Below are positions 39,938 to 49,255 of a stretch of DNA of 64,000 bases, one piece after another. Under the pieces are notes generated by a model. The model made no database searches. It was given only the letters and a program-made list of their open reading frames with translations, and was not told where the DNA came from. A program made the position numbers and the translations under genes. The number at the start of each line of letters is the position of its first letter. Within the stretch, counting starts at the first letter, position 1. The stretch is from a virus (Duplodnaviria > Heunggongvirae > Uroviricota > Caudoviricetes), in IMG/VR virus record IMGVR_UViG_3300037067_019759; one strand, written 5' to 3'.

Positions 39938-42039
39938 ATAACAATAACACTACTATTCCCATTTAACTTAGTTACTTCTATACGTTCCTCAAAAATATCC
40001 TTAATTTCCTGTAGGTGACTTATCACTAGCAACTGTTGTGTTTCTTCTTTAAGTTTTAAAATCACTTCTGCGAATGAAGACACCATTTCGCTATCAAGAC
40101 CTGTTATTGATTCATCAAGAATTCTCCAACCAAATCTTTGAAGCCCGCCCAGACCTTCATGGATAGCAGTTAAAATTTTACATTTTTCTCCGCCGCTAAA
40201 ATTTGAAAGTTCCATCTCCTCATTTTGATCGTTGATAATATTTAAAAATAAGCCCTCCACTAATTTTTCTCCATCTGCGCTAGATCGTTGAGTATCAATG
40301 TGAATTTTTAAGTCTGATAATTTACTGAGCACTTTATTAATTTTATCTTCTAATTCTGGTACAAGGTAATCTATAACCATAGCTTTGACCCCGTTTGGAG
40401 ACAGTGCCATTTTAAGTAGTTCTAATGCCTCTATTTTAATATCAAGGTCATTAGCGCTACCCTCTATCCTTTTAAGACTTTCCTCGCTAGAAACAGCGCG
40501 TAGCACAGCATTTTTAGCCAAGGATGCCCCTTCCACAACTAACCTCAACTCCATTTCTATCTTAAACTTTTCACCATTCAACTCCATCTCCTGTTTCTTA
40601 ATATCCTCACTTCCCATTATTTCAACCATTAACGCTTGTATTTCCGCGATTAACACTGTTATTTTACCTTCTTTCTCTACTTTTTCCGCTTCTTTAGCAG
40701 TTATTTTCTCCTGAAAAGTAGTCTTTCTTAAATCTCTAGTGTTGATAATATTGTTTATATTAACCAATTTCTGTTCCTTATTGTAAATATCAACTTCCAA
40801 CGCCCTTATTTTGCTACTATCAACTGCCGGACGTTCTCCCAACGCTTTTACTTTGATTTCGTACTCTTCAAGTCCTTTGTTATAATCAATTCTAGCTTGG
40901 TTTGTGTCGGCTAGAACGCGTTCTAATCGCTTAGAGGTACTATCTACCGTCTTAGGCGCAAATTTATGTCCACACTGAGGGCATTGCTCCTGCGGATATG
41001 TCATCAATTCAATCAGTTGTTTGTTGATTTCCGCTATTTCTTTATCAAAATCTCTAGTAACCGGCTTATCCTTCATAATATCCAGCATTTTGACGTTCCA
41101 TTCGTTGCCAATAGTTTCTACCACCTTTAATCCATTCAGTTCCGCTTTTAAAGAACTTATATCCCCTACCTCCGCTTGCATCGCGGTTATATCCATCTCG
41201 TCAATCTTTTTTATTTCATTTTTAAAAGTGTTTATCTCAATATCAATTATTTGGATTGATTGCTTGGTAATGTTTAATTCTCGTTCTTTTTCCGCTTTAC
41301 TGGTAATTTTAAAATCTATATTGGCTAATTGAGAGGTAATTGATTTTAGATTGGTGTTAACTATTTCTAACTTTGCTTTTATTTCTTGCTCTTGTATTTC
41401 CAGAGTTGGCAAATTGGCGGCGACTTGTCTGTCGGCGATGAGGGATTGGTTAATAATGACCGAGTTGCTTTCGTTATTTGATTTTTCTTGCTCAAATTCA
41501 GATAATTTTTCCTTGGTTTGTTTTAGGTAGGTGTCTAGATCGTTGATATTTACTATTTGCAAGAGTAAATCTTTTCTGGCAGAAGCTGGCAAATCAGTAA
41601 ACGATTCATTGTTAGCTTGGGGTGACACTACAGAATTAACAAACAATGTATAGGAACAATGGAGTATCTGTTTTTCTAGATATTCTTGAGTAGTTTTTAA
41701 TCCTGATATTTGTAGGGGTTTATATGCTTTATCTCCGTCTTTAATATGAATTTCTAATGAATTTTTACCTTTTGAGTCCACGCCTCGTTCTATTCGGTAT
41801 GTCAAGTTATCGTCCGTAAAAGTAAGCAACACAGAACATGCTTTTTTGCTTTTTTTAATTAAAAAACGATTGTCTACTCGACCTTTGCCGTAAAATGCAA
41901 ATATTATCGCTTCCACAAGCGAACTCTTACCAGAACCGCTAATTCCAGTAATTGCTATCTTACAATTTTTTTCAAAATCAATGGAAGTAGATGAATGAGA
42001 TAGAAAATTATTTAGTTTTAGACTCTGGATCAATATCAT
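39934..42039 (-). CDS. sbcC: SbcC/Rad50-like SMC-family ATPase (recombination nuclease complex, large subunit)
   Basis: Walker A GISGSGKSSLVEAIIFAFYG. Long coiled-coil middle. C-terminal signature LSGGEKCK plus a Walker B-like ILDES.TGLDSE. Confidence 0.6.
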   Translation of the reverse strand: MILIQSLKLNNFLSHSSTSIDFEKNCKIAITGISGSGKSSLVEAIIFAFYGKGRVDNRFLIKKSKKACSVLLTFTDDNLTYRIERGVDSKGKNSLEIHIKDGDKAYKPLQISGLKTTQEYLEKQILHCSYTLFVNSVVSPQANNESFTDLPASARKDLLLQIVNINDLDTYLKQTKEKLSEFEQEKSNNESNSVIINQSLIADRQVAANLPTLEIQEQEIKAKLEIVNTNLKSITSQLANIDFKITSKAEKERELNITKQSIQIIDIEINTFKNEIKKIDEMDITAMQAEVGDISSLKAELNGLKVVETIGNEWNVKMLDIMKDKPVTRDFDKEIAEINKQLIELMTYPQEQCPQCGHKFAPKTVDSTSKRLERVLADTNQARIDYNKGLEEYEIKVKALGERPAVDSSKIRALEVDIYNKEQKLVNINNIINTRDLRKTTFQEKITAKEAEKVEKEGKITVLIAEIQALMVEIMGSEDIKKQEMELNGEKFKIEMELRLVVEGASLAKNAVLRAVSSEESLKRIEGSANDLDIKIEALELLKMALSPNGVKAMVIDYLVPELEDKINKVLSKLSDLKIHIDTQRSSADGEKLVEGLFLNIINDQNEEMELSNFSGGEKCKILTAIHEGLGGLQRFGWRILDESITGLDSEMVSSFAEVILKLKEETQQLLVISHLQEIKDIFEERIEVTKLNGNSSVIVI

Positions 42040-42328
42040 TTGTTTTATTTATTAATTGGTAAATTACAGAGCTCGTATCTTCCGGACCAAAAATATTATT
42101 TTTATCTTCTAACCATTCCATTGCTTTTTGTTTTTCTTTTTCATCAAAAAATTTTATAGTTTTTAATTGTTGTTTTACTGTTTCTTTTGCTTTATTTATA
42201 TTTTTTTTAGATAATATCCAATTTAACCACGGAGGAATAAGCGCGATAGAAATAACAATATCTTCGTTACATTCTGGACATTTGACATTATACATTAATT
42301 TAATTGTTTCATCTTTTTCTTTTGACAT
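42008..42328 (-). CDS. Small zinc-ribbon protein
   Basis: CPECNEDIV motif. ORF overlaps the sbcC start. Confidence 0.3.
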   Translation of the reverse strand: MSKEKDETIKLMYNVKCPECNEDIVISIALIPPWLNWILSKKNINKAKETVKQQLKTIKFFDEKEKQKAMEWLEDKNNIFGPEDTSSVIYQLINKTNDIDPESKTK

Positions 42329-42340
42329 AATATATTTTAA

Positions 42341-43090
42341 TTAATTTTTTATATAAGCAAATTCACCAAAATATTTTTGTTCAGCTTTTTTACGAGCGTT
42401 GATGGCATTTTGTTCATTGATAAAGTATCCTAAAGTAATTTGTTTATGGTTTATATAAATTTGTACTTTCCATTTTTTTACATCCTTAACCCAAATATAT
42501 CCTTTTGATTTTCTATTCATTGAATTTTGACTATATGTGACGAATCTTAAATTTTGTTTACGATTATCTAATGTATTATGGTTAATATGATCAATATTAT
42601 ATCCCCTTAATGGTTTTCCTAAAATTAAATGATGTAATAATATAATTTTTTTATTTTTTATTGTCATCACATATCCAAAATTATTTAAACACCATTTATA
42701 TCCCTTAATTTTATCTAAATCCTTTTTATCTATTAACGCTCTACCAATTTCTTTATGTTTTACGTTATATAAACATATCTCACGATAATTTCCGCAATCT
42801 ATAACTTCATTAATATCAAATTTTGTTCTTTTTAATATTTTTTTATATTGATATATTTGTGATTGATGTTTATTACAAAAACCATTAGCACCGCCTTTTT
42901 TATAATAAGAACTATTATTACAATTCTTTACTTTACATACTTTGTTCATTCTTTTTTCTTTTTCTTGTTTCTTTTGTTCATCTATTATTTTTCCATATCT
43001 CCATATTTGCATGTAATGAGAAATGCAATATCCTTTACTACGATATTTATTTTCACAATTTTTTACTTTACATTTTTTAAATATTTCCAT
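42341..43090 (-). CDS. HNH-AP2 homing endonuclease inserted between sbcD and sbcC
   Basis: Two CxxC...H zinc motifs. HHLILGKPLRGYNIDHINHNTLDNRKQNLRFVTYSQN. AP2-like C-terminus. Promoter and pseudoknot leader. Confidence 0.6.
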   Translation of the reverse strand: MEIFKKCKVKNCENKYRSKGYCISHYMQIWRYGKIIDEQKKQEKEKRMNKVCKVKNCNNSSYYKKGGANGFCNKHQSQIYQYKKILKRTKFDINEVIDCGNYREICLYNVKHKEIGRALIDKKDLDKIKGYKWCLNNFGYVMTIKNKKIILLHHLILGKPLRGYNIDHINHNTLDNRKQNLRFVTYSQNSMNRKSKGYIWVKDVKKWKVQIYINHKQITLGYFINEQNAINARKKAEQKYFGEFAYIKN

Positions 43091-43228
43091 ATTTTTGCTA
43101 ACACAAAACCCATCTATCGCTTGGCTATACCGACTAAGATATAATTTGCCATTAAATAAATGGGTTTTGTGTCTTAGTCGGTTATTAAGTTATGTATCTA
43201 TCGTAGCAAAAGTATATTAAGTTGTCAA
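43091..43228 (-). promoter_or_regulatory. Promoter plus 5'-UTR pseudoknot upstream of HNH-AP2 gene 42341-43090
   Basis: -35 at 43223-43228, weaker -10 TACGAT at 43200-43205. Stem 1 is 43173-43181 with 43130-43138 (CCGACTAAG/CTTAGTCGG). Stem 2 is 43160-43172 with 43101-43113. Confidence 0.5.
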
Positions 43229-43230
43229 AT

Positions 43231-43578
43231 TTATATTATATTTTCTTTTTTTAACATCTTCAAAAGTTCATAAAAATCATTTTTATTCATAGTTATAAAT
43301 TCTCCTACTGATACTACTTTTGTAAACACTATATTATAGTTACTATCTTGTGGCATTTCCATTAAAACATGAGTAGGATTGCCAAATTTATTTTTACATT
43401 TTGCTTGTACTGAAAAAGGTATAGTATTACAAAGATCTATTTTTTTGCTATCAGTATTTCTACTTTCTGCGCGAGCAGTAACACAATCATGCCAACCTAG
43501 TTCTCTAAATTCTTGAGCTAATTGTCTTTCATAATTATTTCCTCTGTTTCGTACTCCTGCACCTCCTTTATGAATCAT
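43231..43578 (-). CDS. Small nuclease-like protein (Hjc/RecU-type Holliday-junction-resolvase-like PD-(D/E)xK candidate)
   Basis: RGNNYERQLAQEFRELGW...ARAESRNTDSKKIDL...FSVQAKCK matches the G-ER-L-L-G...D...Q-K pattern of archaeal-type resolvases. Not verified. Confidence 0.3.
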   Translation of the reverse strand: MIHKGGAGVRNRGNNYERQLAQEFRELGWHDCVTARAESRNTDSKKIDLCNTIPFSVQAKCKNKFGNPTHVLMEMPQDSNYNIVFTKVVSVGEFITMNKNDFYELLKMLKKENII

Positions 43579-43584
43579 ATAAAA

Positions 43585-44604
43585 TTATTTTATCAAGTTA
43601 AAAGCAAAGTTGAGTTTATCTAGCGGCACATTTTTCTCTCTACTATATAATTCGAGCAAATTGTTTATTCCAAAGTCCATCATCTCTCCTTGCTTTATAT
43701 TATGTATTTTTTTTCTTTCGGTTGTTATATTTTCTAATATCATATTTGCGTCAAATCTTTCAAGTGTCGTCTTTATTTTATCTATATCTTTTTTTGCTTC
43801 TGCGGTGGTTATCGTCACCTTCACTATCGAATTGGCAGGGAGTTCTTCTAGGTCGGCAACAGTTGGATTTTCTAATCCATAAATACCGCGTCCTGGTAAT
43901 GCTATTTGTTTTATTTCTAAAGTATTTTCATCTAAAATATGAATATATTTTTGGATTTCTCCTACTTCGTTATTTATAATAGATCCATTTACTATCACAT
44001 TATTAGATAAAATACTATTTTTATGAATGTGTCCTCCAAATACAAATTTATATTTTTTTGATAATTCTTTCCAAGGCAATACAATTTCGTCAAAAAAATT
44101 AGTATTACAACCAGACGTTGTTTTACTGTCAGACATTGAAAAATGATGAAAAAGAAAATCACCCTCTGGCAACATTTTAATTAATTTTTTAGTTGCTGAA
44201 ACATTATCTTTACAATTTAAAAAATTTTTTGTGATATATGGAGCAAATACAAAATTTTTTATTTTTTTAGGTTCTTTAGTTATAACATTCCATTTTTTGT
44301 CAAGAATTTCATTAATATAATCTAATGCCGTTTCTCCATTATCTTTTAAACAGTGGTTTCCTGATATTATGAATATTTCTTTATCTTTAAATTTTTCAAG
44401 AAATGATGTAAATTCTTTTATAGTTTCTGACAATGGATTTTTTACATTAAAAATATCACCTAAAAAAATTATTTTTTCACAGTTTTTAAACGAATCAACA
44501 ATAAAATTTAATATTTCTTCTTTTTCTGATATTCTTTTATCTTTAATATATTCAGAATATCCTAATTTTTGGAGATGCAAATCTCCGAGTATACCAGTTA
44601 ACAT
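43585..44604 (-). CDS. sbcD: SbcD/Mre11-like calcineurin-fold nuclease
   Basis: GDLHLQ, IIFLGDIFN, ISGNHC, FGGHIHK are metallophosphoesterase motifs I-V. Confidence 0.65.
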   Translation of the reverse strand: MLTGILGDLHLQKLGYSEYIKDKRISEKEEILNFIVDSFKNCEKIIFLGDIFNVKNPLSETIKEFTSFLEKFKDKEIFIISGNHCLKDNGETALDYINEILDKKWNVITKEPKKIKNFVFAPYITKNFLNCKDNVSATKKLIKMLPEGDFLFHHFSMSDSKTTSGCNTNFFDEIVLPWKELSKKYKFVFGGHIHKNSILSNNVIVNGSIINNEVGEIQKYIHILDENTLEIKQIALPGRGIYGLENPTVADLEELPANSIVKVTITTAEAKKDIDKIKTTLERFDANMILENITTERKKIHNIKQGEMMDFGINNLLELYSREKNVPLDKLNFAFNLIK

Positions 44605-44689
44605 AAATTAATTATTATTTTTTCTTTTTATAATTATATTTTTAACCTTTCCTTTAATTCTTTAACACTCCCACAAAAACTAAAAATTT

Positions 44690-44977
44690 TTAATTTAAAT
44701 ATTTACCGCATTTACTGCAAATATAACTATGCCCATATTGTGTAATCCCAATATAATCATGTTCTCCATTTTTACAATATGCAGATTCTCTTTTTTCCTT
44801 TTCTAATTTATATTCTTCTTGATGTTTTTCTTCTAAACATTTTTGACATAAATCTTCTCCTTTGTAACCTATTTTCCACCTCCAATCATCAATTCCACAT
44901 TTACTACATTTAATAAATACTTTTTGTTCATTTTCTTTTTCTTCTTTAGTTTTAAAATTAATTCCAAATATTTTCAT
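44690..44977 (-). CDS. Zinc-ribbon protein
   Basis: CSKCG...CQKC...C..NGEHDY...CSKCG. Confidence 0.35.
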   Translation of the reverse strand: MKIFGINFKTKEEKENEQKVFIKCSKCGIDDWRWKIGYKGEDLCQKCLEEKHQEEYKLEKEKRESAYCKNGEHDYIGITQYGHSYICSKCGKYLN

Positions 44978-45109
44978 ATATTTAATATACTTTAATTAAA
45001 CGTAAAGGCTGGTCCTAAGTATCATAGGAATTTCACCTATACCCATTTATCCTATCCTTGGCGGTGTTAACTCGCGTCTTAACTCGTTGACAATAGGCAC
45101 CTTATTTAA

Positions 45110-45910
45110 TTATTTAATCACATTTAGAAACGGAACCGCACCTCCTGGAATCATAGCCGCTGGCACCTCTCCTTTCCATTTTTCAATCGCTTTCATCTGT
45201 ACTTCTAATGCTTTCAACTGGACATACTTGTCATTATTTGCTGCTTCCGACTGTAATTTAATTGCCTCTGCTTCTGCTCTTGCTTGTGCTACTCTTTGCT
45301 CGGCTTCGGTTTTTATTCTATCCAAATCATTCTTGGCTTTTAAAGCATTTTGCTGGGCTACCTGTTTTTGTTCAACTGCTTTTTCATATTCATCACTAAA
45401 ATCAAAGTTAGCGATAGAAAATTCATCAACACTAATATTCCAAGTGCTTAATCTGTCTTTTAAAGATGTCTTAATCCCCTCTTTAACCTTTGGTCTTTCT
45501 TCAATCAATTCTTGGGCATTAAATTGGGCTGTTATCGCTTTTACACTTTCTTGGATAGCTGGTTGAATTATAGTGTCTACAAAATTAGTACCTACTTTTT
45601 GATAAACATTATTCACTCCCTCTGGCAATAAGTGGTAATTTAAAGCAATTTTAGAGTTGACTGTCTGGATATCCTTGGAGTAAGTAGCCACTTCTACCTC
45701 AATTTTTTGAGTACGCACATCCATTTTATGCACTTGCTGCTTAATAGGCACCACCCAATGTATTCCTTCATTTAAAACTTTATCACTAACTGCTCCCCAA
45801 TTAGTTACCACTCCTCGGTAACCTGCTTTTACAATCACCATCGGATTGATAATCAGGAATAAAATAAATGCCACTGAGATTATTATTCCTGCTACAACTT
45901 TTTTTGTCAT
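45110..45910 (-). CDS. SPFH/band-7 (stomatin/prohibitin-like) membrane-associated protein
   Basis: N-terminal TM. VIVKAGYRGVVTNWGAV...NEGIHWVVP. C-terminal Ala/Glu-rich coiled coil EAEQRVAQARAEAEA. Confidence 0.55.
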   Translation of the reverse strand: MTKKVVAGIIISVAFILFLIINPMVIVKAGYRGVVTNWGAVSDKVLNEGIHWVVPIKQQVHKMDVRTQKIEVEVATYSKDIQTVNSKIALNYHLLPEGVNNVYQKVGTNFVDTIIQPAIQESVKAITAQFNAQELIEERPKVKEGIKTSLKDRLSTWNISVDEFSIANFDFSDEYEKAVEQKQVAQQNALKAKNDLDRIKTEAEQRVAQARAEAEAIKLQSEAANNDKYVQLKALEVQMKAIEKWKGEVPAAMIPGGAVPFLNVIK

Positions 45911-45961
45911 AATTTTAGCACAATTTAATTAGTTAATCGCTTATTTAATTTATTTAATTGG

Positions 45962-46282
45962 TTAATTATTTTTTTTAAATTCTTCAAAACATTCCAGCAT
46001 TTCTTCTCCCATTTCACTTCCAAAAAAAAATATAGATTCTACTATAAAAATAATAATAGATGACATCAATCCCAATGCTGCTCTGTTCTCCATAAAAGCA
46101 AGAATATCGTATCCAAAAAATACCCAAACAACAAAAGCAATAAAAAATAAAATAAAGAAAATGGCAGAAAATAAAGCAGGAAAAATACCAGCCACTAAAA
46201 ATATTTTAGTTCTTAATCTTAACAATTTCCAATATTCTTTAAATTTCATATTCCTCCTTACTTTCATTTTCTTCACTTTCAT
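45962..46282 (-). CDS. Small membrane protein (NfeD-like partner candidate of the SPFH protein)
   Basis: Two hydrophobic helices. Directly upstream of the SPFH gene. Confidence 0.3.
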   Translation of the reverse strand: MKVKKMKVRRNMKFKEYWKLLRLRTKIFLVAGIFPALFSAIFFILFFIAFVVWVFFGYDILAFMENRAALGLMSSIIIFIVESIFFFGSEMGEEMLECFEEFKKNN

Positions 46283-46393
46283 CTTCTTCTTTGTTTTTCT
46301 CTTTCGAAAATAGAAAGCGATATACTACGAAAGCAGCCATTATTAAAATAGCGGCTAAAATAATTTCAAATAATATACGCATAAATTTTTATA

Positions 46394-47233
46394 TTAAAAT
46401 ACATTAGGTAATTTTTTTAATTGTTCAATAATAGATGGTAAATTAGCTTCCACGAATGCTAATCCGGTAGCGGACATAACTTTGCTTGGTATTTCTTCCG
46501 GCACGGTTACGTTCAATTTTATTAATGCCAATTCATTAATCTCCAATAACATTTGTTCTTTTATTTTAACGCTATCAACATTTTTTGTTGGGGAATCCTC
46601 AAAAGGTGCTTCTGTAGTAACGTCAGGCATGGCAGTATCCGTAGTTTCTTCTGCCGGAGTATATTGCAATTTGGGAATAATATTGCTTTCAATATATTGT
46701 TGCAAAAATTTTCTTGTTCCTAAAAAATAAATTTTCCAATCGTCGCTATCGTATTCTTTAATCTCTTTAGTAAATCCCGGATATCCATTGATTGGTTGAT
46801 TATTTGTATCATGAAAATAACTTTTAATTTTTTGTCCGTTTTGAATAATGGATATTCCTTTTTTTAATTTCTTTTTATCGTCTTCAAAAGCGTACGGTTT
46901 GAATATTACTATATTGTCTAAATTAATATTAGGAAGTTTTTTCATTAAATCTTCCGCAAAATTAGTGGAAACATTCATGCACAATACTATTTCTTCTTCA
47001 TTGTCAGACACGGTTACTTGCAATATTTTTCCGTAATCTCCTTCGTAAAAAGCAAGAGCAGTGATAATACCGGATAGTTCGTTATAAACTCGTTCTATTT
47101 TTGTGCCTTTTGTGCCGTCTTTTAATTCGTAGTCTCTTTTCACTGCTTTGGGATCGCTTTCGTCGCATTTGATGCGGATAGTTCCATCGCTAATGATGTT
47201 CGCGTATGTTCGTTGTTCGTAAGAAGTTAACAT
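46394..47233 (-). CDS. Hypothetical protein
   Basis: ORF only. Confidence 0.3.
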   Translation of the reverse strand: MLTSYEQRTYANIISDGTIRIKCDESDPKAVKRDYELKDGTKGTKIERVYNELSGIITALAFYEGDYGKILQVTVSDNEEEIVLCMNVSTNFAEDLMKKLPNINLDNIVIFKPYAFEDDKKKLKKGISIIQNGQKIKSYFHDTNNQPINGYPGFTKEIKEYDSDDWKIYFLGTRKFLQQYIESNIIPKLQYTPAEETTDTAMPDVTTEAPFEDSPTKNVDSVKIKEQMLLEINELALIKLNVTVPEEIPSKVMSATGLAFVEANLPSIIEQLKKLPNVF

Positions 47234-47251
47234 AAGTTTTTTATAAGTTAA

Positions 47252-47815
47252 TTAATTATTTATATTATCTTTCCATTCCCCACAAATTTCACAATATTCA
47301 TCTTCTGTCCATGGCTCTTTGCACCAATTTTGATGTTTACAATTAAAATTACCAATACGTGTATTGCAATATCGGCATACTCCAAAACAATCAGCTTCGT
47401 GGTTGCATTGTTTTTGCGCTTGACTTAAATCCAGTCCACATTTTTTACAAGAGATATACGCCGACTTAACCCCATATCGCGTAAAAGGATTAGTTTCAAT
47501 TGATATCATTTCATGTTGGCAGTACGGTTTCTGATCTAATGTTTCCCAATAATCAAGAGTGTCTTGCAAATAATTAATTATATTTTTGATTTCGTTTTTA
47601 TCCGCTAAAATTCCGTAGTTCTCAAATTCACCCGTTTTTAAAATCGACCAAATTGTTTTTAATTTATCAATACCGGAAATACGATGATCGCCAACGAAAT
47701 TAATATAAATTTCTCTATCTTCTTTATTCCCAAACGGTTCTTGTTCAAAGGAAAGAAATTTGAGTATTTCGTCCCCATCACAAGAGCAATTAATTAATAG
47801 TTTTTTATTTTCCAT
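47252..47815 (-). CDS. Cys-rich hypothetical protein. Promoter abuts the start codon, so it is probably leaderless.
   Basis: Multiple CxxC pairs. The -10 lies about 8 nt upstream of the ATG. Confidence 0.35.
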   Translation of the reverse strand: MENKKLLINCSCDGDEILKFLSFEQEPFGNKEDREIYINFVGDHRISGIDKLKTIWSILKTGEFENYGILADKNEIKNIINYLQDTLDYWETLDQKPYCQHEMISIETNPFTRYGVKSAYISCKKCGLDLSQAQKQCNHEADCFGVCRYCNTRIGNFNCKHQNWCKEPWTEDEYCEICGEWKDNINN

Positions 47816-47823
47816 ATAGTCAC

Positions 47824-47852
47824 AGTATACACCTAAAAAAATAACTTGTCAA
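47824..47852 (-). promoter_or_regulatory. Consensus promoter CTTGACAAGTTAT-N-TATACT, abutting the start codon of gene 47252-47815 (leaderless-type)
   Basis: Minus strand TTGACAagttatttttttaggtgTATACTgtgactatATG. Confidence 0.5.
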
Positions 47853-47859
47853 GTGTACA

Positions 47860-48144
47860 TTATTTATCTAAAAATTGTTCTAAATATTTTAATGGATTTT
47901 CTTCTAAAATCATTTGTTGTAGATTTATTTTCCATATAGGAATATTTCCAATTTGAGTACCATTTAAATTTACTTCTGGTCTTATTTCTTCTCCAAAAAA
48001 TTTTTTAGCGAAATCGTGAGAAAAAATAAGAGTATAATAAGTGCCTTCTTCAATTATTTTATTAAAATATTTTTTTGTCTGTATGTCCATTTGTCTATTA
48101 GCACATTTTTCAATCACTTTTTTTAAAATTTCTTCATTTGTCAT
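47860..48144 (-). CDS. Hypothetical protein
   Basis: ORF. Overlaps the next gene by 4 nt (ATGA). Confidence 0.3.
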   Translation of the reverse strand: MTNEEILKKVIEKCANRQMDIQTKKYFNKIIEEGTYYTLIFSHDFAKKFFGEEIRPEVNLNGTQIGNIPIWKINLQQMILEENPLKYLEQFLDK

Positions 48145-48533
48145 ATTTTTTTTAATTTCATTATTTTAAAATTTATTATAGTCATTTGCCCCGTGCTATG
48201 ATATGATCTGTAATCGTCTTCATTTAAATATATTGATGAATTTATACATGGATTATCATTTTTTTTATTAAAATCTACATTGCATTTTCCTTTCCATTTT
48301 TCAACATCTCCGAGCATTATAATTTGAGTATAAATATTATTTTCTTTGTCTTGAAATTGAATTTTATCTCCAATATAAAGTTTTTTATTATCCATATCAT
48401 AAAAACCGGTAAATTTACTCCTTTTAAAAATCTGCCATTCTATTTGTTCTTTTACGGGATAAATTAAATTTTTTATTTTTCCTATATATTCTTTTTGATT
48501 GTTGTTCAGATTTACTTTTTCTTTATTTTCCAT
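48141..48533 (-). CDS. Hypothetical protein
   Basis: ORF. Leaderless-type promoter at 48543-48580. Confidence 0.3.
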   Translation of the reverse strand: MENKEKVNLNNNQKEYIGKIKNLIYPVKEQIEWQIFKRSKFTGFYDMDNKKLYIGDKIQFQDKENNIYTQIIMLGDVEKWKGKCNVDFNKKNDNPCINSSIYLNEDDYRSYHSTGQMTIINFKIMKLKKI

Positions 48534-48542
48534 ATAGTTACA

Positions 48543-48580
48543 GTATATACCTAAAAAATTAGCTTGTCAAGTGTATAAAT
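48543..48580 (-). promoter_or_regulatory. Consensus promoter (near-identical cassette to 47824-47852) for gene 48141-48533, leaderless-type
   Basis: Minus strand TTGACAagctaattttttaggtaTATACTgtaactatATG. Confidence 0.5.
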
Positions 48581-49083
48581 TATTTATTTAATGTATTCCT
48601 TCCTCTTTTTGTTTTATTATGACATTCTTTACATAATGTAATACCATTATTTAAGTCCCATAATTCTTTACAATTTTCTGCATCTTCTATTGTTTTTATA
48701 TTATGTTCGTTAATAATAACGGAAAATTCTTTTCTATGATGTGCTTCTAAATAAATTGTTTTTCCAATCCCATTCCCATTACGCAAACCACAATATTGAC
48801 AAGTAAAATTATCTCTTTTAAATATTGTTGTGTGCCATTGTTTATATATTTTGCTTTCACGTATTTTTTTAATTAAAGGTGTAATTCCATTTTTCCAATT
48901 CCAATGTAATTTTCCTTTTTTAAATTCACTTTTTGGACTAAGCCTTCTACCTTTTAAAATAATGCTATTTTTTTTGCTTATTTTATCTTTGGTAGATTCT
49001 GAACGTTTTTTGCCTATCATCCATTTGCCATAACCTCTTTCTTTTGCAACTTTACTTTTTTTTAATCTTTCCTCCATTGGCAT
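48580..49083 (-). CDS. HNH homing endonuclease (NUMOD-like N-terminus)
   Basis: WHTTIFKRDNFTCQYCG...EAHHRKEFS...NGITLCKECHN. Pseudoknot leader at 49256-49331, then about 165 nt of additional leader. Confidence 0.6.
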   Translation of the reverse strand: MPMEERLKKSKVAKERGYGKWMIGKKRSESTKDKISKKNSIILKGRRLSPKSEFKKGKLHWNWKNGITPLIKKIRESKIYKQWHTTIFKRDNFTCQYCGLRNGNGIGKTIYLEAHHRKEFSVIINEHNIKTIEDAENCKELWDLNNGITLCKECHNKTKRGRNTLNK

Positions 49084-49255
49084 TGTTCTTCTTCGACACT
49101 TACTAGAACAAAATTTTCTATTTTTTATATAATTAAAACTAAAAAATACTTTATTACATGTTAAGCAAATAAATTGATACTTTTTATTTTTATATTTACA
49201 TTGTTTATTTTTCCAATATCGTTTATTTTTTAATGTTTTTATACTTTTGTCCTCA

